This document shows positions 1 through 9,709 of a DNA stretch of 22,522 nt, piece by piece; the first letter of the stretch is position 1, and each line of letters begins with the position of its first letter. Under the pieces are notes generated by a model that made no database searches, was not told the DNA's origin, and saw only the letters and a list, made by a program, of their open reading frames with translations. The stretch lies in the NCBI GenBank assembly GCA_039803745.1, contig JBDRZD010000031.1, positions 1 to 22,522 on the forward strand, given 5' to 3'. This DNA comes from a candidate division WOR-3 bacterium. Its GTDB lineage: Bacteria; Hydrothermota; Hydrothermia; Hydrothermales; Hydrothermaceae. The translations under genes and the position numbers were made by a program.

Positions 1-1134
1 TATTCTTATGCAAATGAGGCTGAAAAAGAGGGAAAAGAAGTTTATTATATAAATATAGGACAGCCTGATATTCCTTCTCCAAAAACTTTTTTTGAAGCAC
101 TAAGAAAATTTGATAAAAAGGTCATAAGTTATGTTCCATCACAGGGAACTGAAAAGTTGAGGATTGCCTTTTCAAAATATTTCAATCAATTTAATTATGG
201 AATTGAACCTGATGATATAATAATAACATTTGGTGGCTCTGAGGCATTAATATTTGCTTTTTTTGCAGTTGCTGATACAAATGAGGAGATAATTGTTTTT
301 GAGCCGTTTTATACAAACTATAACTTATTTGCTTCACTTGCTGGATGTAAACTTGTTCCAATACCAACAAAAATAGAAGAAGGTTTTGCATTACCCCCTT
401 ATAGGAGGATAAAAAAATATATTAATTCAAAGACAAAGGCAATTCTTTATGCATCACCCAATAACCCAACAGGTAAAGTATATAATGAAGAAGAACTGGA
501 AATACTCGCAAAACTTGTAAAAGAATATAATCTCTTTTTAATTGCAGATGAGGTATATAGAGAATTTGTTTATGATGGTTTAAAACATAAAGGTATTATG
601 GAACTTGAAGATATAAAGGATAAATGCATATTGACTGATTCTGTATCAAAAAGGTATTCCTTATGTGGAGCAAGGGTTGGGTGTATTGTTTCAAAAAATA
701 AGGAACTAATGTCAAATGTTCTTAAACTTGCTCAGGGAAGGCTTTCCTGTCCTGAAGTGGAACAATATGCATGTGCAGAAGTTATTGAAAAGGAAAACGA
801 ATTTGTAATGATGTGTAAAGAAGAATTTAAAAGGAGGATAGATGCAGGAATAGAAGTTTTGAAAGAGTGCGAAGACATAGTTTATTTTAAACCGCAGGGA
901 GCATTCTATACAATGCTAAAATTACCTGTTAATAATGCAGAGGACTTTGCAATATTTTTGTTAAAAGAATTTGAATTGAATAAAAAGACTTCAATGGTTG
1001 CTCCTGGTGACGGTTTTTATTCAACAAAAGGTAAAGGAAAGAATGAGATAAGGATAAGTTTTGTTTATGAAAAAGAAAAGATGTGTGAGGCAATAAGAAT
1101 TATAATTGAGGGGCTCAAAAAATATAAAAAGTAA
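1..1134 (+). CDS. PLP-dependent aminotransferase class I/II (aspartate aminotransferase-like), 5'-truncated by window edge
   Basis: Frame is open from base 1 (YSYANEAEKEGKEVYYINIGQPD...), so the ORF-track start at 157 is internal. Fold-type I motifs: IGQPD, GGSEAL, SPNNPTG, DEVY, SVSKRYSLCGARVG (PLP lysine), PQGAFY. Confidence 0.92.
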   Translation, partial: YSYANEAEKEGKEVYYINIGQPDIPSPKTFFEALRKFDKKVISYVPSQGTEKLRIAFSKYFNQFNYGIEPDDIIITFGGSEALIFAFFAVADTNEEIIVFEPFYTNYNLFASLAGCKLVPIPTKIEEGFALPPYRRIKKYINSKTKAILYASPNNPTGKVYNEEELEILAKLVKEYNLFLIADEVYREFVYDGLKHKGIMELEDIKDKCILTDSVSKRYSLCGARVGCIVSKNKELMSNVLKLAQGRLSCPEVEQYACAEVIEKENEFVMMCKEEFKRRIDAGIEVLKECEDIVYFKPQGAFYTMLKLPVNNAEDFAIFLLKEFELNKKTSMVAPGDGFYSTKGKGKNEIRISFVYEKEKMCEAIRIIIEGLKKYKK

Positions 1135-2273
1135 TGAAATTTAAGATACTCATTGCCTCTGATATATATTTTCCAAAAATTGGTGGGATAAGCGAACACA
1201 TTTATAATGTTGCTATAAGATTAAGGGAAAAAGGACATGATGTAAGGATTTTAACAGGAGGATATAATAAAAGAAAATATCCTGATTATAAAGACCCTGA
1301 ATGGGTTAAAAGAATAGGGAGAATGGTTCCTTTAATAGCAAATAAGTCAATTTCTTCTATAACAGTATCTCCGAGGATTTCAAAAAAAATTAAAGAATTT
1401 CTTGAAAGTGAAAATTTTGATATTGTTCATATTCATGGTCCAATAGCACCTGTGATTCCGCTTTTTGTTATTAAACATTCTAATTCAATAAATTTTGCAA
1501 CATTCCATTCTGCTCATGGAGATAGTAAGGGATACAGGATATTTGGGAGATATTTGAAAAAATATTTTGAAAAATTGCATGGAAGAATAGCAGTTTCACC
1601 AGTGGCAAAGGAACCAATGGAAAAATTCTTTCCCGGAAATTATAAAATTATACCAAATGGAGTTGATGTTGAATTTTTCTCTCCTTCAGTAAAACCTATT
1701 GAAAAATTTATGGATGGGAAAATAAATATACTCTTTGTTGGAAGAATTGAGCCAAGAAAAGGACTTAAATATCTTTTAAAGGCTTTTAAAATATTGTGTA
1801 AGGATTTTGATAATATAAGATTAATTGTGGTCGGAAAAGGTCCTTTACTTAGAATTTATAAATCAAGCATTTCAAAGGATATGAAAGATAAGATTTGTTT
1901 TGAGGGAGAAGTAAGAAGGGAAGATTTACCCTCCTATTACGCTTCTTGTGATATATTTTGCTCTCCTGCTATAGGCCATGAATCTTTTGGAATAGTTTTA
2001 CTTGAAGCGTTCTCAATGGGTAAACCTGTTGTTGCTTCAAGAATTCAGGGATACTCTTATGTAGCAACTGATGGAGAGGATTCCCTTTTATTTGAGCCTG
2101 AAAATCCTTATGACCTTGCCGAGAAAATTAGAATTTTAATTGAGGATGAAAAATTAAGAAAAGAAATGGGAAGAAAAGGAAGGGAAAAAGTTTTAAAGAA
2201 TTATTCATGGGATAAGATAGTGGATGAAATTGAAAATTATTATATAGAAAAATATAAGGAAATAAAAGGCTAA
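1134..2273 (+). CDS. Glycosyltransferase family 4 (GT-B), PimA-like
   Basis: PKIGGISEH N-terminal motif, IPNGVD, LFVGRIEPRKG, ESFGIVLLEA (E-x7-E). TAATG overlap with upstream stop. Confidence 0.9.
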   Translation: MKFKILIASDIYFPKIGGISEHIYNVAIRLREKGHDVRILTGGYNKRKYPDYKDPEWVKRIGRMVPLIANKSISSITVSPRISKKIKEFLESENFDIVHIHGPIAPVIPLFVIKHSNSINFATFHSAHGDSKGYRIFGRYLKKYFEKLHGRIAVSPVAKEPMEKFFPGNYKIIPNGVDVEFFSPSVKPIEKFMDGKINILFVGRIEPRKGLKYLLKAFKILCKDFDNIRLIVVGKGPLLRIYKSSISKDMKDKICFEGEVRREDLPSYYASCDIFCSPAIGHESFGIVLLEAFSMGKPVVASRIQGYSYVATDGEDSLLFEPENPYDLAEKIRILIEDEKLRKEMGRKGREKVLKNYSWDKIVDEIENYYIEKYKEIKG

Positions 2274-2274
2274 A

Positions 2275-3510
2275 TTGGTTAATTTTCTTAATTTTTTCAG
2301 GATTTTAAAAAATAGAAATTTTTTTATTTTTTCAATAAGTCAGGTTTTTTCTCAAATAGGTGATAAGGTAAATCATTTTTCTTTTTTTGCAATTTTAAAA
2401 GACCTTGCTTATGGAAATCCACTTGCTTTTTCCTTTCTTTCAGCCTCAATAACCTTACCTGTTATTCTTTTTTCTCCTTTTGCAGGAATTTTAATTGATA
2501 GGTTTGATAGGAAAAGAATAATGGTTTTTTCAGAGATTTTAAGAGCATTTTTTGTTCTTTTAATCCTCTTTATTGGAATTAAATTTAAATCATTAATTCT
2601 TCTTTATTTTTTTATATTTTTCCTTTTTTTAAGCACACTTTTCTCAAATGTTTCAAAAATTTCTTCAATACCAGAATTTTTAAAAAGTAAAGAGGAAATT
2701 TTAACAGCAAATTCTTTTAACAATATGATTGTAAGAATTTCAACCCTTTTAGCAATGTTTTCTTCTGGAATTTTGATAGAACTTAAGTTATGGAAGAATT
2801 TAAATTTAAAGGGATATGATGTTGTTTTATTTTTAAATTCTTTTCTTTTTATTATATCAGGATTCATTTTATCATTTTTAAGCATAAAGAGAGTCCAGAT
2901 GGAAAAAGAAAAGAGAAATTTTTTCAAAGATTTAAAAGAGGGCTTAAAAATTGCAAATGAAAATAAAAATGTCCTATTTGTATATTTAACCATTATTTCT
3001 CTTGCTTTTTTGGGTTCCATAATTTATGTAATTCTTTCAATATTAATTCAACAGGTTCTTAGTTTTGGAACAAAAGGGATGGGAATAATAGGAACATTTG
3101 CAGCCTTTGGGACAATCCTTTCTGCTTTTTTATTCGGAAATTATGGTAAAAATCTTAATAAAATAAAGGTGATAACTTATTCTTTCTTTTCTTTAGCAGT
3201 GATAATATTTTTATTTTCTTTTATAAATAGACTTTCTTTTTTAATTTTAATTTCTTTTATAGGCGGTCTTTTTATTGCACCAATAATGATTTCTCAGGAT
3301 ACAATAATACATGAGGAAGTGAATGTTAATTATAGAGGAAGAATATTTTCATTTCGTGAATTTTTTGTGAATACTCTCTTTGTTATTTTTGGGTTTTTAA
3401 ATGGAATTTCTGGTAAGTATATAGGAGCAAAAGAGACAATTATTATATGTTCAATTTTTCTCTTCTTTTTGAATATATTTTCCATCTTAATTTATAATTT
3501 TAAAAAATGA
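2275..3510 (+). CDS. MFS transporter (DHA3/LplT-like)
   Basis: About 12 hydrophobic segments; MFS motif A (AGILIDRFDRKRIM); 'SQIGDKV' helix 1; 'YRGRIFS' C-terminal loop; TTG start. Confidence 0.88.
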   Translation: MVNFLNFFRILKNRNFFIFSISQVFSQIGDKVNHFSFFAILKDLAYGNPLAFSFLSASITLPVILFSPFAGILIDRFDRKRIMVFSEILRAFFVLLILFIGIKFKSLILLYFFIFFLFLSTLFSNVSKISSIPEFLKSKEEILTANSFNNMIVRISTLLAMFSSGILIELKLWKNLNLKGYDVVLFLNSFLFIISGFILSFLSIKRVQMEKEKRNFFKDLKEGLKIANENKNVLFVYLTIISLAFLGSIIYVILSILIQQVLSFGTKGMGIIGTFAAFGTILSAFLFGNYGKNLNKIKVITYSFFSLAVIIFLFSFINRLSFLILISFIGGLFIAPIMISQDTIIHEEVNVNYRGRIFSFREFFVNTLFVIFGFLNGISGKYIGAKETIIICSIFLFFLNIFSILIYNFKK

Positions 3511-5540
3511 AAAAAGTTATTATTGTTGAGTCTCCTACAAAAGCAAAAACTTTGAGTAAAATGCTTGGAAAAGAATTTAAAGTTCTTGCTTCAAAAGGAC
3601 ATGTTGTCGATTTACCTGAAGAAAGATTTGGAATAAGTATAAAAAAGGGTTTTAAACCATATTTTGAAATAATAAGGGGTAAAAAGGATATTGTGGATTA
3701 TTTAAAAAAAGAGGCACAGGATGCAAACCTTATTCTTCTTGGTTCTGACCCTGATAGGGAAGGGGAAGCAATAGCATATCATATTTCAAGAATTTTAAAA
3801 AGGGATGATTCAAAAAGAGTTCTTTTTTATGAAATATCAAAAGAAAGGGTGAAAGAAGCAATAGAAAATCCAGTTGAAATAGATATGAATAAGGTTTATT
3901 CACAATTTGCAAGAAGGATACTTGATAGAATTGTTGGTTATTCAACAAGCCCTCTTTTATGGAAAGTAATGAAGAGAGGGCTTTCAGCAGGAAGAGTTCA
4001 AACTGTTGCACTAAGATTAATTGTTGAAAGGGAAAAGGAGAGGCAAAAGTTTGTTCCCGAAAAATATTATGAAATTGAAGTAATTTTTGAAAAAGATGGT
4101 AAAGAGTTTTTGGGTAAATTAAAAGAAAAATTAAAAGAAAAAGATAAGGCTGAAGAAATAAAAGAGAAAATCCAAAAAATTGGAAAAGGAATTGTAAAAG
4201 AAATAGAGGAAGAGGAAAAAGAAGTTTTTCCCCTGCCACCTCTAAAAACAAGCACTCTTCAGCAGGAATGCTCAAAAAGGTTCGGATTTTCTGCAGAAAG
4301 AACAATGAAAATAGCACAATCTCTCTATGAAGGTAAAGAAATTGGAGAAAAAGTTACAGGACTTATAACTTATATGAGAACAGACTCTTTAAGATTAAGC
4401 GAATATTTTATAAATAGTTCAAGGAAATTTATAAAAGAAAATTTTGGAGAAAATTATTTACCTCAAAAACCTAATGTTTTTGAAAAAAAGGAAAAATTTG
4501 TTCAGGGTGCTCATGAGGCAATAAGACCTGTTAATTTAGAATTAATTCCAGAAAATATAAAAGAGTATTTAAGTGAAGAAGAATATAAGGTTTATGATTT
4601 AATCTATAAAAGGGCATTGGCTTCGCAAGGTAAAAGTGCTGTGATACAAAAGAAAAAGGTTCAAATTGAAGTATCAGAATATTTATTTGAATCACAGGGA
4701 CAAAAACTTTTATTTGACGGATTCTATAAAATAATTTCTGAGAAACCAAAAGAAGTCATTTTACCCTCCCTTTCTAAAGATGAAGAAATTAAAATATTAA
4801 ATATAAATATTTTAGAAAAAGAAACAGAACCTCCTTCAAGATACACTGAGGCAAGCCTTATTAAAAAACTTGAAGAACTCGGTATAGGAAGACCGAGCAC
4901 ATATGCACCAACAATTAAAACTTTATTTGATAGAGAATATATTAAAAGAGAAAATAAAAACCTTATTCCTACAGAACTCGGTATGAAAACAATTGAAGTT
5001 TTAATCCCTCAATTTAATGAAATATTTGAGTATAAATTTACAGCAAAGATGGAAGAAGAATTAGATGAAATTGAAGAAGGAAAGAAAGAATGGAGAGAAT
5101 TTTTAAAAGAATTCTATGAAAGATTTGAAAGAGAAATTGAGAAATTTAAAGAAGAGATGAAAAGTATAAAGGAAAAAGTAGAGGAGAAGATAGAGAAGAA
5201 ATGTCCATTATGCGGAAAAGAACTTGTGGTTAAATGGAGTAAATATGGGAAATTTGTTTCCTGTTCAGGATATCCTGAATGTAAATATAAAGAAAAATAT
5301 GGAGAAATTAAGTGTCCTGTTTGTAAAAAGGGGTATCTTGTTAAAAGAAAGGGTAAAAATGGAATATTCTATGGATGCTCAAATTATCCGGATTGTGAAT
5401 TTACTTTAACAGGTGAAATAATAAAAGAAAAATGTCCTGAATGTTCCTTTGAAATAATTTCAAAAATTAAGAAAAATAAAAAAACTTTTTATTTTTGTCC
5501 AAATTGTAAAAAATATTTAAAAATAAGGAGGTCAAAATGA
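3507..5540 (+). CDS. topA: DNA topoisomerase I (type IA) with C-terminal C4 zinc ribbons
   Basis: TOPRIM IVESPTKAK and SDPDREGEAI; SAGRVQ; catalytic ITYMRTDS; QGAHEAIRP; GIGRPSTYA; zinc ribbons CPLC..CSGYPEC, CPVC..CSNYPDC, CPEC..CPNC. Confidence 0.97.
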   Translation: MKKVIIVESPTKAKTLSKMLGKEFKVLASKGHVVDLPEERFGISIKKGFKPYFEIIRGKKDIVDYLKKEAQDANLILLGSDPDREGEAIAYHISRILKRDDSKRVLFYEISKERVKEAIENPVEIDMNKVYSQFARRILDRIVGYSTSPLLWKVMKRGLSAGRVQTVALRLIVEREKERQKFVPEKYYEIEVIFEKDGKEFLGKLKEKLKEKDKAEEIKEKIQKIGKGIVKEIEEEEKEVFPLPPLKTSTLQQECSKRFGFSAERTMKIAQSLYEGKEIGEKVTGLITYMRTDSLRLSEYFINSSRKFIKENFGENYLPQKPNVFEKKEKFVQGAHEAIRPVNLELIPENIKEYLSEEEYKVYDLIYKRALASQGKSAVIQKKKVQIEVSEYLFESQGQKLLFDGFYKIISEKPKEVILPSLSKDEEIKILNINILEKETEPPSRYTEASLIKKLEELGIGRPSTYAPTIKTLFDREYIKRENKNLIPTELGMKTIEVLIPQFNEIFEYKFTAKMEEELDEIEEGKKEWREFLKEFYERFEREIEKFKEEMKSIKEKVEEKIEKKCPLCGKELVVKWSKYGKFVSCSGYPECKYKEKYGEIKCPVCKKGYLVKRKGKNGIFYGCSNYPDCEFTLTGEIIKEKCPECSFEIISKIKKNKKTFYFCPNCKKYLKIRRSK

Positions 5541-6856
5541 GGGACTTGTTTTTAGGATTTTTAATTTTTCCAATCCTCTTAGTCCAAAAAATGGGTTATC
5601 AAAATATAAAGGAGTATACTTTAAAAAACGGAATGAAGGTTTTAATTCTTGAGGATAATTCATCACCAATAATTTCACTTGGAATATGGTATAAAGTTGG
5701 TTCAAGAAATGAAGTAACTGGCAAGACGGGGATTTCTCATTTACTTGAACATATGATGTTTAAAGGAACAAAAAGAATAGGCTCTCAGGAATTTTCAAAG
5801 ATAATCCAAAGAATAGGAGGCGTTGATAATGCCTTTACTTCAAATGATGCAACATGTTACTGGGAAGTTTTTCCAAAGGAAAATCTTGAGAAAATTCTTG
5901 AACTTGAATCAGATAGAATGCAGAATTTAGTGTTCAGGGAATTTGAGGAAGAAAAGAAAGTTGTAATGGAGGAAAGGAGACTCAGAACAGAGAATTCACC
6001 TGAAGGTATTTTCTGGGAAGAACTGTATGCATTAAGTTATAAAGTTCATCCATATAAAAACCCAGTAATTGGATGGATGAGTGATTTAGAAAACATAAAT
6101 CTTTCAGATGTGAAAGAACATTATAAAACTTATTATTCTCCAAATAATGCTGTGATGATAATTGTGGGTGATGTTGAAGAAAAAAAGGCGATTTCCCTTG
6201 TTAAAAAATATTTTGAAAAAGTTCCCCCTGTAAAAAATATTCCAGAAATGAGGATAAAAGAGCCAAAACAAATGGGAGAGAGAAGAATGTATATAAAAAA
6301 AGAAGGATTTTCAAAAAAACTTGGTATATCCTTCCATATTTCAGAAGCAGGTTCTACTGATGAGATACCCTTACAAATTCTTGCTTACATTCTTGGAGGG
6401 GATAAAACATCAAGGCTTTATAGAAAAATTGTTCATGAAAAAGGACTTGCAACTGAATGCTTCGCTTATTCTGATATAAGAATTGATCCTGGACTTTTTA
6501 TAATAGTGGCTGATTTAAAACTCATCAGTTCTTTTGAGGAGGTCTTGAGCGAAATCTTAGCAGAGATTGAAAAGATAAAAAATGAAGATATTGAGGAAAA
6601 AGAATTAGTTAAGGCAAAGAATCAGATAAAAGCCTCTTTTGTTTATTCTCAACAATCTGTGCTCCGTCAGAATTTTATAATAGGCAGTTTTGAAAATTTA
6701 AGAGGATGGAAAAAAATTTTAACATATCTTGATGAAGTGGATAAAGTTAGTAAAGAAGATATTAAAAGAGTTGCAAATTTTTATTTTGCCGAGAACTCAA
6801 GAAATATCTTATATCTTGAACCAATTTTGCCTCAAAAACTTGGGGAGGGAAAATGA
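5537..6856 (+). CDS. M16 family zinc peptidase, catalytic subunit
   Basis: Inverted zincin HLLEH in GISHLLEHMMFKGT; NAFTS; EEKKVVMEER; HPY..PVIG; YYSPNNA; hydrophobic N-terminus. Confidence 0.93.
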   Translation: MRDLFLGFLIFPILLVQKMGYQNIKEYTLKNGMKVLILEDNSSPIISLGIWYKVGSRNEVTGKTGISHLLEHMMFKGTKRIGSQEFSKIIQRIGGVDNAFTSNDATCYWEVFPKENLEKILELESDRMQNLVFREFEEEKKVVMEERRLRTENSPEGIFWEELYALSYKVHPYKNPVIGWMSDLENINLSDVKEHYKTYYSPNNAVMIIVGDVEEKKAISLVKKYFEKVPPVKNIPEMRIKEPKQMGERRMYIKKEGFSKKLGISFHISEAGSTDEIPLQILAYILGGDKTSRLYRKIVHEKGLATECFAYSDIRIDPGLFIIVADLKLISSFEEVLSEILAEIEKIKNEDIEEKELVKAKNQIKASFVYSQQSVLRQNFIIGSFENLRGWKKILTYLDEVDKVSKEDIKRVANFYFAENSRNILYLEPILPQKLGEGK

Positions 6857-8202
6857 AAGGGAGCATAATTATTATGATGAGTTTTTTGATTAATGTAAAT
6901 GGTGGCGCAGGTTATAAAAAAGAAGTTTTAAAGAATGGATTAAAGGTTCTTGCTTATGAAAAAACAAAATTGCCGATGGTTGTCTGTATTTATTCATTTA
7001 AAATAGGCTCAATTCATGATCCAAAGGGTAAAGAAGGGCTTGTTAATTTATTGGTCAGCATGCTGGAAAAGGGAACTGAGAAAAGAACTTATACACAAAT
7101 AGGAGAGGAATTTGCAATTCTGGGAACAAGATTTTCCTATGATGTTTCCCGCACATTTTCAACTTTGGGGATCACCACTCTCTCGGAAAATTTAGAAAAA
7201 TCCCTTGAAATTTTATCCGACATAATATACAATCCCACATTTCCTAAAGAAGAATTTGAAAAAGAAAAGGAGAGATTGATAAATGAGATAATTTCAAACA
7301 AATCTGAACCAGATTATGTTTCTGAAATACTTTTTACAAAATACATATGCAAAGACCACCCTCTTGGACACCTGCCAGAAGGTGATGAAAACTCTTTAAA
7401 GAATATAAATCTTGAGGACATTAAAGAATTTTATAAAAAATATTTTGTTCCTGAAAATGCAATATGCGTGATTGTTGGACCCCAATCCCCTGATGAACTC
7501 ATTGATTTTGTTAAAAAGTATTTTGAGAAAGAGAAAAAGGGCGAAAATCTTCCTTGGTTTAGATTGCCACCCCCTATTTCAGGAATAAATGTGAAAATTT
7601 TCCATATGAATATCAATCAATCATATATAACTATGGGTCATTTTGGTCCATTAAGAAAATCTCCTGATTTTAATGCTGCAAGGGTTATGAATTACATATT
7701 TGGTGGGGGTGGTTTTTCTTCAAGACTTTTTGAAGAAATAAGGAATAAAAGGGGTTATGCGTATAGTGTAGGTTCAGGATTTTTAATTACAGATCCTTAT
7801 CCATCACTTTATACTTTTGGATTGCAAACAAAAATTGAAAATACAAATGACGCAATAAGGGTCATTTTTGAAGAAATAAATAAAATTAAAAGAGAAATTA
7901 AAGATAAGGAAATTGAAGATACAAAAAGTTATTTTAAAGGTTATCTTCCAAGAATAACAGAAACATATTATCAAATTGCAACAAACCTTCTAACACAGGA
8001 ACTTTATGAACTTCCGGAATTTTTCTGGGAAAAGGAAATTAAAGAAATTGAAAATCTGAAAAAAGATGAAATAATTGAAGCAGCAAGAAAATACCTTGAT
8101 CCTCAAAATATTTTAATTATTATCGTAACCGATACCTCAAAATATAAATGGAAAGTAGAAGGAATTGAAAATGTAAATGTAGAAATTATCCAAAAATTAT
8201 GA
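6853..8202 (+). CDS. M16 family peptidase, non-catalytic partner subunit
   Basis: M16 layout but HxxEH replaced by NLLVS; retains GGGGFSSRLFEEIRNKRGYAY (R/Y pair) typical of the partner in heterodimeric M16B enzymes; ATGA-coupled to the catalytic subunit. Confidence 0.88.
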   Translation: MKGSIIIMMSFLINVNGGAGYKKEVLKNGLKVLAYEKTKLPMVVCIYSFKIGSIHDPKGKEGLVNLLVSMLEKGTEKRTYTQIGEEFAILGTRFSYDVSRTFSTLGITTLSENLEKSLEILSDIIYNPTFPKEEFEKEKERLINEIISNKSEPDYVSEILFTKYICKDHPLGHLPEGDENSLKNINLEDIKEFYKKYFVPENAICVIVGPQSPDELIDFVKKYFEKEKKGENLPWFRLPPPISGINVKIFHMNINQSYITMGHFGPLRKSPDFNAARVMNYIFGGGGFSSRLFEEIRNKRGYAYSVGSGFLITDPYPSLYTFGLQTKIENTNDAIRVIFEEINKIKREIKDKEIEDTKSYFKGYLPRITETYYQIATNLLTQELYELPEFFWEKEIKEIENLKKDEIIEAARKYLDPQNILIIIVTDTSKYKWKVEGIENVNVEIIQKL

Positions 8203-9122
8203 TACAACAAAACCTCTTTTTGATCCCAATGAAAGAAATTAAAGAAGAAGATTATTTAGAATTTATAAAATCGCATAATACAGTCATAATTGAGGATGTG
8301 GAAATACCATTAATGAAAAATAAGCATAAAATTGAGGAATTTGAGCCAAAGGATTTCAAATTGGAAACAACTACCGTGTGGTCATTTCCAGATAGAGGAG
8401 AATGGGCAACTCATAAAGGTAATTATAGAGGAAATTGGTCACCTTATATCCCAAGAAATTTGATTTTAAGGTATACAAAAGAAAACGATATAGTTTTAGA
8501 CCAGATGGTTGGATCAGGCACAACTTTAATTGAATGTAAATTGCTAAATAGAAGAGGTATCGGAGTAGATATTAACATTAACGCAATAATGCTTACTCGG
8601 GATAGGCTTAATTTTGAATATAAGTATAACCCGGAAATAAGAACATATGTAGGAGATGCAAGAAATTTAAATTTGATAAATGATGAAAGTATTGATTTGA
8701 TTGCTACTCATCCTCCTTATGCCAACATAATAAGATTCTCTAAAACCAATATTGAAGGTGACCTTTCAAATATTAAAAATATTGACGAATTCGTTGAAGA
8801 GATGTATAAAGTAGCAAAGGAATGTTATCGGGTATTAAAGCCTGGAAAATATTGCTGCATTCTTATTGGTGACACAAGGAAAAAGAAACATTTTGTTCCT
8901 ATTTCTGCACGAGTATTAGAAGTTTTTTTATCTGTTGGTTTTATTTTGCGCGAAGATATTATAAAGCTTCAATGGAAAATGAAAAGCACGAGAGAAAAAT
9001 GGCGAGGGAGGAATTACGATTTTTTACTTTTATCTCATGAACATTTATATATTTTTAGAAAACCGAAAAAAGAAGAAAGATTATCATCAGTTAAATATAG
9101 TATTTGGTGGAGGACAAAATGA
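8199..9122 (+). CDS. Amino (N4-C/N6-A) DNA methyltransferase, motif I before motif IV
   Basis: SAM-binding DQMVGSGTT, GVDIN, GDAR, catalytic-type THPPY, RVLKPGK, HEHLYIFRKP. Confidence 0.8.
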   Translation: MIQQNLFLIPMKEIKEEDYLEFIKSHNTVIIEDVEIPLMKNKHKIEEFEPKDFKLETTTVWSFPDRGEWATHKGNYRGNWSPYIPRNLILRYTKENDIVLDQMVGSGTTLIECKLLNRRGIGVDININAIMLTRDRLNFEYKYNPEIRTYVGDARNLNLINDESIDLIATHPPYANIIRFSKTNIEGDLSNIKNIDEFVEEMYKVAKECYRVLKPGKYCCILIGDTRKKKHFVPISARVLEVFLSVGFILREDIIKLQWKMKSTREKWRGRNYDFLLLSHEHLYIFRKPKKEERLSSVKYSIWWRTK

Positions 9123-9706
9123 ATAGTCTGGAAATTGGTGAATATTTTGGAAGAAGAGAAAAAAAGAAAATATTGGATAAAATAGAACTTCCAAATGGAT
9201 GGATCTTAATAAAAACAGAAAACAAAAAATCTGAAAAAGACTTTAAGGTTAGAACAATAACAAATGTTGAAAAGATGAAATACTATACTCCGAAACATGC
9301 GCATTTTGCTATTGATTTTTATGGGAAATATTGTCAAAATAAAGAAAAAGCGAAATACCTGTTTAATGCTATTATTGAAGTATGGCAAGGAGGAAATCCT
9401 GATGAGATAATTGAAAAATATAAAGACAAAGTTAAAGGACTTATTGGATATGAAATAGAATATATTTTATATGCTTTAAACTGGATTTTAGAGCAGGAAA
9501 ATGTTAATTTTAAAGGAAGGGATGTTAAATTACAGGAAGAACTTGATAAAAAATTTAAAAATATGAATATAGAAGTTTCTGAAAAAAATAAGGGGAGTCA
9601 ATTGGCTATCTCTTTATTTATTGATATTTTAAATGGGATTCATCCGGTTGAAGCATTTCTATCTGCTCGTTTAGATGTAATTCCAAGGAAAAGAGCAGAA
9701 AGATAA
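9119..9706 (+). CDS. Hypothetical protein coupled to the DNA methyltransferase (candidate restriction/defence partner)
   Basis: GGAGG at 9109-9113 and ATG at 9119 overlapping the MTase stop (ATGA), preferred over the ORF-track start at 9104. No family recognised. Confidence 0.7.
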   Translation: MNSLEIGEYFGRREKKKILDKIELPNGWILIKTENKKSEKDFKVRTITNVEKMKYYTPKHAHFAIDFYGKYCQNKEKAKYLFNAIIEVWQGGNPDEIIEKYKDKVKGLIGYEIEYILYALNWILEQENVNFKGRDVKLQEELDKKFKNMNIEVSEKNKGSQLAISLFIDILNGIHPVEAFLSARLDVIPRKRAER

Positions 9707-9709
9707 ATC

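Noticed and set aside
1134..2273. Assigning the symbol pimA and a glycolipid pathway with the adjacent MFS
   Set aside because: The motifs support only GT4/PimA-like; no phosphatidylinositol synthase or acyltransferase gene is in the window.
3730..5409. Small antisense or alternate-frame ORFs within topA (also 191-391, 2604-3020, 7431-7616, 9206-9388, 10389-10724, 10911-11129, 22222-22431)
   Set aside because: They lie wholly inside well-supported genes, have F/L/S- or K-rich shadow composition and show no motifs.
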